DNA from: a virus
Lineage: Duplodnaviria; Heunggongvirae; Uroviricota; Caudoviricetes
Reading direction: 5' to 3' (one strand)
Virus record (IMG/VR): IMGVR_UViG_3300031992_000025
Coordinates: 33,932 to 97,931 of that record
Length of the DNA: 64,000 bases
Made by a program: the position numbers and the translations under genes. Position 1 is the stretch's first letter. Each line of letters begins with the position of its first letter. The notes beneath the pieces were generated by a model. That model ran no database searches. It had not been told where the DNA came from and saw only the letters and a program-made list of their open reading frames with translations. Of this stretch, positions 26,658 through 34,504 are shown in pieces.

Positions 26658-26690
26658 GATTATAAAGGACGTTAGTTAACGTAATATAAT

Positions 26691-26720
26691 GCCGAGTGGT
26701 TAAGCCGCCCGGCATTTTTT
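26691..26720 (+). terminator. rho-independent terminator
   Basis: GCCGAGTGG-TTAAG-CCGCCCGGC-ATTTTTT. Confidence 0.55.
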
Positions 26721-26863
26721 CTAGGATTACGTTAGCGCGACGGACAAGAATTACTTATGCGAATTCCTTCTTAGAAAAAAATCTCCTTGTCTTCTAATTG
26801 AATAAGATATAGACCTCCTAAGTCTATGATCAGAGTTTAAATCTCTGCAAGGAGTCCATATAT

Positions 26864-26938
26864 ACCGCCATAGTACAACGGATAGTACAGTAGCCTTCTA
26901 AGCTTCTGATCCGGGTTCGATTCCTGGTGGCGGTGCCA
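26864..26938 (+). tRNA. tRNA-Arg(TCT)
   Basis: anticodon loop CTTCTAA, acceptor ACCGCCA/TGGCGGT. Confidence 0.7.
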
Positions 26939-26940
26939 TT

Positions 26941-27010
26941 AGAGCCTATGCTTATTTCTAGCTCAACGAGAGCGTCAAACATTTAATTTGAAGGTATAGC
27001 TAGGCCAAAA
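26941..27010 (+). repeat. bipartite bulged-helix motif copy 9
   Basis: AGAGCCTATGCTTATTTCT ... TAGCTAGGCCAAAA (AC to GC paired by GT to GC change). Confidence 0.65.
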
Positions 27011-27014
27011 TTAT

Positions 27015-27092
27015 GCACCGTCGGTCGCAAGGTGTGACACTCGACTTTTAATCGAGGTATCAGGATGGGTTCGATTCCCTCACGGTGCACCA
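27015..27092 (+). tRNA. tRNA-Lys(TTT)
   Basis: anticodon stem CTCGA/TCGAG loop CTTTTAA. Confidence 0.75.
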
Positions 27093-27096
27093 ATAT

Positions 27097-27171
27097 GCAC
27101 CCTTAGCCAAGCGGTATGGCCTACGACTTTTAATCGTATTATCAGGTGTTCGACTCACCTAGGGTGTACCA
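27097..27171 (+). tRNA. tRNA-Lys(TTT), second copy
   Basis: anticodon stem TACGA/TCGTA loop CTTTTAA. Confidence 0.75.
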
Positions 27172-27174
27172 GTA

Positions 27175-27252
27175 TGCTCCGTTGGCGCAATTAGGTAGCG
27201 CAAGATACTCTTAATATCTGGGTTACAGGTTCGATTCCTGTACGGAGCACCA
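27175..27252 (+). tRNA. tRNA-Lys(CTT)
   Basis: anticodon stem AGATA/TATCT loop CTCTTAA. Confidence 0.8.
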
Positions 27253-27310
27253 ATAAAATATTTTGCATTTGACTTAAAATTATTTGCTAAATTAATTGAG
27301 GTTCAAAATT

Positions 27311-28123
27311 ATGGCAAATTATATAAGTCACACTGCTTGAAATAAAGGCTTAACCAAAGAAACCGATAGTCGTTTAGCAAAAACAGCTTTATTACAAAGT
27401 AAAGTTAAAAAAGGTAAACCAAATCATCCACAAACTGCTGAAACAAGAGCAAAAATATCAGCTGCTAGAAAAAAATACATAGCAGAGCATCCAGATCAAG
27501 TTCCATTTAAAATGCACCATTCATCTAAAGAAAGTTTTCCAGAAAGATATTTTAGACTTTGACTTAAAAAAGAAAAATTATTAGAAGCACAAGAACTACA
27601 GATTGATAGATATACATTAGATTTTGCTTGGCCAGATAAAAAGATTTATTTAGAAATTGATGGAAATCAGCATAAGTTAGATTGAATGCAAGAGCATGAT
27701 AAAATTAGAACTGATTATTTAAATACTTTAGGTTGAACATGTATTGGTAGAATAGATTGATCTTGATATAAAGCTTTGTGCACAAAAGAAAAGCATAAAT
27801 ATTTACAAAACATAAAAGCAGCAATTGAGCAAGCTAGTTTTATAGAAAAATTTATATCAAAAAAAGACTTAGCTTTACAAAAACGTCAAAAGCTTATTGA
27901 AGCTGGATTTGTTATGAAAGATGGCAGAACAGCTCCATGAATGTTATCTAATAATGAATGGCAAAGACGTTTACAGCTAATACTAGATAGTAATATAGAC
28001 TTAACAAAATTTGGCTGGAAAGAACAAGTACAAAAAATAACGAATTTAACTCGTAGCCAATTAAACGATACAATAGAGCATTTTCCAGAACATTTTACAA
28101 AAATCTATATTAGAGGCAAATAA
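27311..28123 (+). CDS. homing endonuclease-like protein: NUMOD3-type DNA-binding motifs plus DUF559/Vsr-like PD-(D/E)XK nuclease domain (about 10 in-frame TGA)
   Basis: HTAWNKGLTKETDSRLAKTA and KPNHPQTAETRAKISAARKK (NUMOD3-like); DFAWPDKKIYLEIDGNQH...LGWTCIGRIDW; TGA codons fall at conserved Trp-like positions (GW motif). Confidence 0.65.
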
Positions 28124-28205
28124 ATTATTGTATAATATATTGTGGTTGAGATATGAGTTTTGGTAGTTTTGTGCCACGCATGCGGAAATAAAAACTACTA
28201 TATAT

Positions 28206-28281
28206 GCCGACTTAGCTCAGCTGTTAGAGCAATTCACTAGTAATGAATAGGTCGGGGGTTAGAATCCCTCAGTCGGCACCA
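28206..28281 (+). tRNA. tRNA-Thr(AGT), A34
   Basis: anticodon stem ATTCA/TGAAT loop CTAGTAA, acceptor GCCGACT/AGTCGGC, T-loop TTAGAAT. Confidence 0.6.
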
Positions 28282-28283
28282 TC

Positions 28284-28400
28284 AGAGCCCATGCTTATTT
28301 CTTTCGGCTTGTAACCGGGTGGTCGTTGGTTCGAATCCAACTCGGCGCTGTATAGTGTCGATAGCTCAGCGGTAGAGCACCTTATTTAGCTGGGCCTTTT
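28284..28400 (+). repeat. bipartite bulged-helix motif copy 10 enclosing a permuted tRNA-Thr(TGT)-like gene
   Basis: AGAGCCCATGCTTATTTCT + anticodon arm TTCGG-CTTGTAA-CCGGG + T-arm GTTGG-TTCGAAT-CCAAC + acceptor 3' TCGGCGC-T + TGTATA + acceptor 5' GTGTCGA-TA-GCTC-AGCGGTA-GAGC + partner GCTGGGCC-TTTTT; acceptor strands pair 7/7 (two G-U). Confidence 0.65.
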
Positions 28401-28461
28401 TATTTTTTTGCTAAATTATTATGAATATTATAAAATAATTTACTATAAAGGAGAGTAGTTT

Positions 28462-28974
28462 ATGGCAAAAGATTTAGAAGAAGCTTTAACTAATATTGAA
28501 AAGAAATTAGGTGGCACTAAAAAACCTCATATGGATTTAGGCGAACACTTAGAATATATTGAATCACTTATCGGTGGTGGTAGTTCGTCTCTCCCAGATA
28601 TTGAAGAAGGAGATGCTGGAAAAACTGTTAAAGTTAAAGAAGATGAAACAGGCTATGAATTAGGCACCATTAGTAGTGGGACTAAATTATATAAACATGT
28701 TTTTAGGGCTTTATATATGTCAGTGAGCGGCAATTATGGAACAGGCTATTTTATTTGTGACTATCCTGGGGATTTAAGCCAAGCACCAAACGGAACAGTT
28801 GTTTCAGTTGTATCAACCACATATTTTAATGTTAGCGGTAGTAAATATATATATGCAAGTGATAACCCAACTCTTACAATTACAAATGGTAAAGTTAGTA
28901 TTGGTTTATTAGATATTAAAGAACTAACTTATAGCCAGCTATTTTTTATTAGTGATACAGTTATACCACTTTAA
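28462..28974 (+). CDS. hypothetical protein
   Basis: RBS AAAGGAGAGTAGTTT-ATG. Confidence 0.5.
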   Translation: MAKDLEEALTNIEKKLGGTKKPHMDLGEHLEYIESLIGGGSSSLPDIEEGDAGKTVKVKEDETGYELGTISSGTKLYKHVFRALYMSVSGNYGTGYFICDYPGDLSQAPNGTVVSVVSTTYFNVSGSKYIYASDNPTLTITNGKVSIGLLDIKELTYSQLFFISDTVIPL

Positions 28975-29042
28975 TCTAATTTAATAATAAATAAAAGGGC
29001 AGATAAAAACTGCTTTTTTAGTATACTTAGAAATTTAATCTT

Positions 29043-29852
29043 TTGCTAAATTATATGATTATGAAGAATTTAGTTAAAACTGATTTTGATAAGACATATG
29101 ATGAATTAAGCAACTTATCTTTTATTATAAATGAAAAAGAAGATAGCTCAATAGACATTTTAGATGATATTACCTTAGAACAGTTTGGTCAGCCATATGA
29201 AAAATCAAGTATTCAATCCCTTAAAATAAAAAATACTTGTGGAATTTATTTAATTTTTAGAAAAGCAGAAGATGGTAGACTTCATAAATATATTGGGCAA
29301 GCAACTTCTCTACGTGACCGTTTATTGAAGCATCTTTCTAGGGCTGCATATATTATGGAGCATCCTAAGACAGATGAAAACAAAAATTTAGGCATTTATA
29401 AAGATTCGCCAGCTTTACATAGTGCTTTAATTAGACACAATTTTAAGGGGTTTTTCTTTGTTATATTAAAAATTTGTAAGCAAGAACAACTAAATGCATT
29501 AGAACAATTTGCTATTGCACAGTATGGCACTTTTGAAAATAAGTGAGATTATAATTTAACCCCTGGTGGCCAAGAAGGTGTAATTACTCATACAACTGCT
29601 GTTGAGCAATGAATTATAGAATATAAAAAAAGCACCAAAGGGCATGCTGCAGAAGTTAGATGAATTAATTGTAAAAATGTTTATCCAAGTGAAGCTGCTG
29701 CTTCTATTGCTGTTTGTGGTGAAAATAAGCATCAGCAAATAGCAAATGCATTAGCAACACCTGATGGTGAATTTTGACAAAATAAATCTGGTAAGAATAA
29801 ACAATGAGCTGGCTATGGTTGGAGACTACTAGACGAAGTTGCTAGCGAGTAG
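29043..29852 (+). CDS. GIY-YIG homing endonuclease (TGA-recoded C-terminal half)
   Basis: CGIYLIF...KYIGQATSLRDR (GIY-YIG), catalytic E in ALEQFAIAQYG; frame continues through about 6 TGA to TAG at 29850. Confidence 0.7.
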
Positions 29853-29875
29853 TATAAGTAAAGGAAATTTAATTT

Positions 29876-30295
29876 ATGGATATACTAGCGTTATTGTCAT
29901 TAATATTTTCAGGTATTTCAATAGTTGGAACAATTATTATAGGTATTTTTACAGTAAAGGCAAATATTAAAATAAGTAAAATTAATAATCTTGAAGCTGT
30001 CCATAAATTTGAGAAAAATATTACTAAATTTGAATTACAGTTTAAAGATGAACTATGACTTGCTGAAATATTAGATAATGGAGAATTTGATACTTATAAT
30101 AAAAAATCTCAAAAACTTATTTTAAAATGATGACTTAATTATAAAAAAGAAAACCCAGTGATTTTATTAAATAAGCCAACAGTTAAGTATACAGACAAAG
30201 AAATCCTTAGATTAAGAGTTGGACCAGATGAGTTTAAAAATATAAAAACAAAAACTCTACCTGAAGATCTGCCTGACCCAAAAGATTTATTTTAA
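29876..30295 (+). CDS. membrane protein (TGA-recoded)
   Basis: N-terminal TM helix; RBS AAAGGAAATTTAATTT-ATG. Confidence 0.45.
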
Positions 30296-30325
30296 AAAAG
30301 AGACTTGAAAAAGTTTCTTTTTTTA
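30295..30325 (+). terminator. rho-independent terminator
   Basis: AAAAAGAGACTTGAAAAAGTTTCTTTTTTT. Confidence 0.6.
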
Positions 30326-30362
30326 TGCTTTTTTAAATGTATAATATAATAAGAGGTTTATT

Positions 30363-31157
30363 ATGGACAAAGCTATTATTGAATTTGGAAAACGAATGAA
30401 CCAAGCAGAAGATAAAGTTTTGCTTGTTGAGTATGCAGAGGGTGCTAAGCAAGTTTTAGACCTTGGTGCTGGTACTGGTAAAATTAGTAGAGATATTGCT
30501 GAAAAGTGGGGAGCACATTGTGATGCAGTAGATCTACAGTTTAAAGAGGAGCTCCAAAACTCTGATAAAGTTACTTATTATAGCATGGACATTAATACTT
30601 TTTTAGCTACAACTGAAAAGAAGTATGATTGTGTCATTTTAAGTGCCATTTTACATGAATTATCTAATGAATATTTAGAGCAAATGTTTGTTCATTTACA
30701 AAAAGTATTAGCAACTAATGCTAGAATTCTTATTAGAGAGCCATTTTATGATTATACTTTAGGTCCAGTTAAAGATTTAAATAAATTTGTAGAATTAGTT
30801 CAAAATAAATTACCAGCAGGTAAGACTATTGAATTTGCTCAAACTAGTAAATTACATTCTGGTAAACCATTAGATATTACTGATATGATTGGAATTGATT
30901 GGGTTAATCTATGCTTTACTATTTCTTATGGTGAAGCTAGCTGGGAAAGAGAAAAACATGAGCTAAGATATGCTCGCGATTTAAATTGGTGTAAAGGAAT
31001 TTTTAATTTTTCTCAAAGACCATTTACAGGGTTCCAAGTTTATCCAGTTTTAGATAAAACATATAGACAACATTTTATAAATGTTGGTATTCCTGGTGAA
31101 GCATTTGATTTAATTCAATACACAGGAATGATTGTTATTATTGACTATTCAAAGTAG
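30363..31157 (+). CDS. class I SAM-dependent methyltransferase
   Basis: VLDLGAGTGKIS motif I, acidic motif II CDAVDL, motif IV DCVILSAILHE. Confidence 0.7.
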   Translation: MDKAIIEFGKRMNQAEDKVLLVEYAEGAKQVLDLGAGTGKISRDIAEKWGAHCDAVDLQFKEELQNSDKVTYYSMDINTFLATTEKKYDCVILSAILHELSNEYLEQMFVHLQKVLATNARILIREPFYDYTLGPVKDLNKFVELVQNKLPAGKTIEFAQTSKLHSGKPLDITDMIGIDWVNLCFTISYGEASWEREKHELRYARDLNWCKGIFNFSQRPFTGFQVYPVLDKTYRQHFINVGIPGEAFDLIQYTGMIVIIDYSK

Positions 31158-31228
31158 GATAATAATGGTGAAAATCACTTAAAATTCACTGTATTATATA
31201 TTAAGATAATTCGAAAGGAGCATTTAAC

Positions 31229-32800
31229 ATGGATGTAGGACAAATTATCGGAATAGTTGTTGGCGGAGTAGCATTACTTCTCTTAATCATCTTTTTTGCT
31301 TGTGCATATACAAAAGCAGGACCAGATGAAGCCATCATGATCTCTGGCGCAGGCAAGAGAAAAATTTTAAGAGGAAAAGCTGGCTGGAGATTGCCATTCT
31401 TACAAAGAAAAGATAAATTATCTCTAAAAGTGTTCCAAGTTGACATTAAGACTCGTGAATCAATTCCAACTAATGAATTTATTAATATTAATGTTGATGG
31501 TGTTGCGAACTTAAAAGTATCTAGTGATCCAGAATTACTTGAAAGAGCCTTTGAAGCTACACTTGGTATGGGCCAAGAGGACTTAATTGAACAAGTCAAG
31601 CAAGTTCTTGAGGGTAATATGCGTGAAATTATCGGTACTGTCGGTATTAGACAACTTGTTCAAGACCGTAAAGGTGTTGCTGAGGCTGTTAAGGAAAATG
31701 TTATTCCAGATATGAGTAAATTAGGCCTCGAATTAGTTAATTTTAATATTCAAAACTTCTCAGACAATAATCATGTCATTGAAAACTTAGGTATTGATAA
31801 TATTTCTCAAATCAGCAAAGAAGCTGCTATTGCTAAAGCAAATGCTGAAAGAGATGTTACTATTGCTCGTGCTGAAGCAGCAAAACAAGCTAATGAAGCT
31901 GAAGTTTTATCAAAAACTGCTATTGTTCAAAAGAACACAGAATATAGTCTTAAAGAGTCTGAATTAAAGATTAAAACAGATACAGCTAAAGCTGATGCTG
32001 ATGCTGCTTATAAAATTCAAGCTCAAAAGAGACAAGAAGAAATTAATACTGCTACAGTTAATGCTGAAATTTCTAAGAGAGAACGTGAAGTTGAACTTGG
32101 AAATAAAGAAGTTGAATTAGCAGAAAAGAAACTTGCTGCTACTGTTAATAAGAAAGCTGATGCAGATAAATATGCTGCAGAAAAAGAAGCTGAAGCAGAA
32201 TTATACAGACGTCAAAAGAAAGCTGAAGCTGAACTTATTGAAGCTCAAAGACAAGCTGAAAAACTTAAAGTTGCCGCTGAAGCTGAAAAACTTGCTCGTA
32301 AAGAAAAAGCTGATGCTGTTGCTATCGAAGCTGAAGCTCAAAGAGTTTCTCGTGCTAAAGCTGCTGAAGCTATTAAGTTAGAAGCTGAAGCTAATAAACA
32401 AGCCGCTCTTGCTGAAGCTGAAGGTATTAAAGCAAAAGGTGAAGCTGAAGCTACTGCAACTAAAGAAAAAGCAGAAGCTATGAAGGCATTCAATGATGCT
32501 GCTACATTAAAACTTGTTTTAGACAGCGGTGTCTTACCAGAGACTGTCAGAGCTTACTCTGAACCAATTGCTGCTGCATTAGGTCAAATTGATGGAATCA
32601 CTATGTATGGTTCTGGCAACGAAGCTAAACTTGTTGAGAACATTCAAAAGTCTGGTGATCAAATCTTTGAGGGCTTAAACAAAACATTAGGCATTGACCT
32701 TAAATCTGTTCTTCTTGGCTATCTTGGACCAAAAGTCTTAGGTGCTGTTGCTGAAACTCCAACTAAGAAAACAAAAGGCAAAACAGATTTAACTGAATAG
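31229..32800 (+). CDS. flotillin/SPFH (band 7) domain protein with long Ala/Glu/Lys coiled-coil
   Basis: N-terminal TM, SPFH core (KTRESIPTNEFININVDGVANLKV...), about 200-aa EA/KA-repeat coiled coil, flotillin-like C-terminus. Confidence 0.7.
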   Translation: MDVGQIIGIVVGGVALLLLIIFFACAYTKAGPDEAIMISGAGKRKILRGKAGWRLPFLQRKDKLSLKVFQVDIKTRESIPTNEFININVDGVANLKVSSDPELLERAFEATLGMGQEDLIEQVKQVLEGNMREIIGTVGIRQLVQDRKGVAEAVKENVIPDMSKLGLELVNFNIQNFSDNNHVIENLGIDNISQISKEAAIAKANAERDVTIARAEAAKQANEAEVLSKTAIVQKNTEYSLKESELKIKTDTAKADADAAYKIQAQKRQEEINTATVNAEISKREREVELGNKEVELAEKKLAATVNKKADADKYAAEKEAEAELYRRQKKAEAELIEAQRQAEKLKVAAEAEKLARKEKADAVAIEAEAQRVSRAKAAEAIKLEAEANKQAALAEAEGIKAKGEAEATATKEKAEAMKAFNDAATLKLVLDSGVLPETVRAYSEPIAAALGQIDGITMYGSGNEAKLVENIQKSGDQIFEGLNKTLGIDLKSVLLGYLGPKVLGAVAETPTKKTKGKTDLTE

Positions 32801-32822
32801 CTTAAAATTTAAAAACCACATT

Positions 32823-32850
32823 AAAACCCAGCTATTTTGCTGGGTTTTTA
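32823..32850 (+). terminator. rho-independent terminator
   Basis: AAAACCCAGC-TATTTT-GCTGGGTTTTTA. Confidence 0.7.
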
Positions 32851-32864
32851 TTGTATAATATAAT
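32851..32864 (+). promoter_or_regulatory. extended -10 promoter TTGTATAATATAAT
   Basis: after terminator, upstream of Thg1-like gene. Confidence 0.55.
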
Positions 32865-32877
32865 GAGGTATTTTAAT

Positions 32878-33789
32878 ATGATTAGAGATGCATTAGGCGA
32901 TAGAATGAAAACTTATTATGAGGAAGTTACTAAGACTAGACTTACTCGTAGAACTCCAGTTGTTATTAGGCTAGATGGCTGTCATTTTCATACATTTACG
33001 AGAGGATTTAAAAAGCCATTCGATGAAGTTTTAGTTAAGTCTATGCAAGCAACCATGAAATATCTTTGTGAAAATATTCAAGGTTGTGTTTTAGGTTATA
33101 CTCAGTCTGATGAAATTACTCTTGTTTTAGTTGATTATAAAGAATTGAATACAAGCGCTTGGTTTGATTATGAAGTTCAAAAGATGGTTTCAGTTTCAGC
33201 CGCTCTTGCAACTTATGCTTTTAATAAATATTTTAATGAGTACTATTTAGAAAGTATTGCAGAAAAAGGCGAAGTTGATAAATATGATTTAGCTCATGAT
33301 ACCGCAAGAAGAAAAGGTGCATATTTTGATAGTAGAGTATTCAATATTCCAAAAGAAGAAGTTACTAATTGTGTTCTTTGGAGACAACTTGATGCAGAGA
33401 GAAATTCAATTAATTCATTAGCTCAATCTTTATTTAGCCACAAATCACTTCAAGGTTTAAATCTTAAAGATACGAAAGCTAAAATTGAAACTGAAGCTGG
33501 AATTATTTGGGGAAATTTACCAACAACTCAAAAACGTGGATGTTGCTGTATTAAAAACTATTATTTCTTAGACAAAGAAGGCAATAGATATGAAACAGCT
33601 AATATCTGTACATCAGAAGAAGATGGTACACATTATGTTGATGCCGGATTTAATGAAGAAAAGAATGTCTATGAACTTTATCCTATTGAAGTTACTCTTC
33701 ATAGTGAGTGGGTAGTAGATGAAGATATACCACAATTTAAAGATAGTGGTAGGAATTATATTGAAAACTTAGTTTTTGTTGGTGAATAA
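32878..33789 (+). CDS. Thg1-like protein (tRNA-His guanylyltransferase family 3'-5' nucleotidyltransferase)
   Basis: TPVVIRLDGCHFHTFTRGFKKPFDEVLVKSMQATMKYLCENIQGCVLGYTQSDEITLVL matches Thg1/TLP N-terminal catalytic core (RLDG.NFH.F....KP.D, GQSDE). Confidence 0.75.
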   Translation: MIRDALGDRMKTYYEEVTKTRLTRRTPVVIRLDGCHFHTFTRGFKKPFDEVLVKSMQATMKYLCENIQGCVLGYTQSDEITLVLVDYKELNTSAWFDYEVQKMVSVSAALATYAFNKYFNEYYLESIAEKGEVDKYDLAHDTARRKGAYFDSRVFNIPKEEVTNCVLWRQLDAERNSINSLAQSLFSHKSLQGLNLKDTKAKIETEAGIIWGNLPTTQKRGCCCIKNYYFLDKEGNRYETANICTSEEDGTHYVDAGFNEEKNVYELYPIEVTLHSEWVVDEDIPQFKDSGRNYIENLVFVGE

Positions 33790-33790
33790 T

Positions 33791-34090
33791 ATGACTAAGC
33801 TAGAAAAACTTAATGCTTTAAATGAATTATTAAAAGCTGTTTATGAACAAGGCTGGCGTATTGGTGCTAGCTGGAATAATGATAAATTTAATGAATTGTT
33901 TGACATAAATGGTTATTTAAAAGATGACTTAAAAATTGAGAAGGATCTAAGAGCTAAAATAGATAAACTTCTTATTATGCTTGGCTTTGAAATTAATGAC
34001 TTAATTGTATATACAAAAGAAGATTTGTCTATGCATGAAAATGATTGGGAATATATTGCACCAGTTTTAGAGTTCAAGGAGAAAGAATAA
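33791..34090 (+). CDS. hypothetical protein
   Basis: ATG overlapping previous stop. Confidence 0.4.
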   Translation: MTKLEKLNALNELLKAVYEQGWRIGASWNNDKFNELFDINGYLKDDLKIEKDLRAKIDKLLIMLGFEINDLIVYTKEDLSMHENDWEYIAPVLEFKEKE

Positions 34091-34425
34091 TGGGAAAGAA
34101 ATTAAAATTAATAGCTGGAGAATCAGTTAATTATATTGATTTAGATTTAACTTGGTGGATTGATGCTTATGATGAAGACAATGGAAAGTTTCCTTATAAA
34201 ATAAGATTTAGGGGTGCTGACGGAGGCAATTCTCAGACAATAGGTTGGAAAAAGGAAAAGGATAGAGATAACTATCTTGAAAAATTAGAAAAGCTTCTTC
34301 ATCTAGTTACTTTAGAGGATGGTGAGGAAGAGGAAGAAGTAGTTGTTCCTGAACCAAAACTTCCAAAGCAGCCTAATGAGGACGTGTTAGCATCAGACTA
34401 TGACCCAATGGATGCAATTAAATAA
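34090..34425 (+). CDS. hypothetical protein
   Basis: RBS AAGGAGAAAGAATA-ATG. Confidence 0.45.
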   Translation: MGKKLKLIAGESVNYIDLDLTWWIDAYDEDNGKFPYKIRFRGADGGNSQTIGWKKEKDRDNYLEKLEKLLHLVTLEDGEEEEEVVVPEPKLPKQPNEDVLASDYDPMDAIK

Positions 34426-34504
34426 GTTGTATAATATATAAAAATAACATTCAAAAGTCCCAAAAGGACGATTTGTAGCTTAAAAGGCGAAGGAGAATTA
34501 GAAA

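Noticed and set aside
5051-28400. Interpreting the bipartite motif as integron attC sites with tRNA cassettes
   Set aside because: The 3' arm matches the attC core GTTRRRY, but there is no tyrosine integrase (IntI) or attI in the window. The inserts are too short to be gene cassettes. The invariant TTATTTCT and CAAA flanks are not attC features. The idea is kept only as a minor alternative hypothesis.
32133-32381. Lys/Leu repeat ORF nested in the flotillin-like gene
   Set aside because: It is an out-of-frame reading of the GCTGAAGCT (Ala-Glu-Ala) coiled-coil repeat region.
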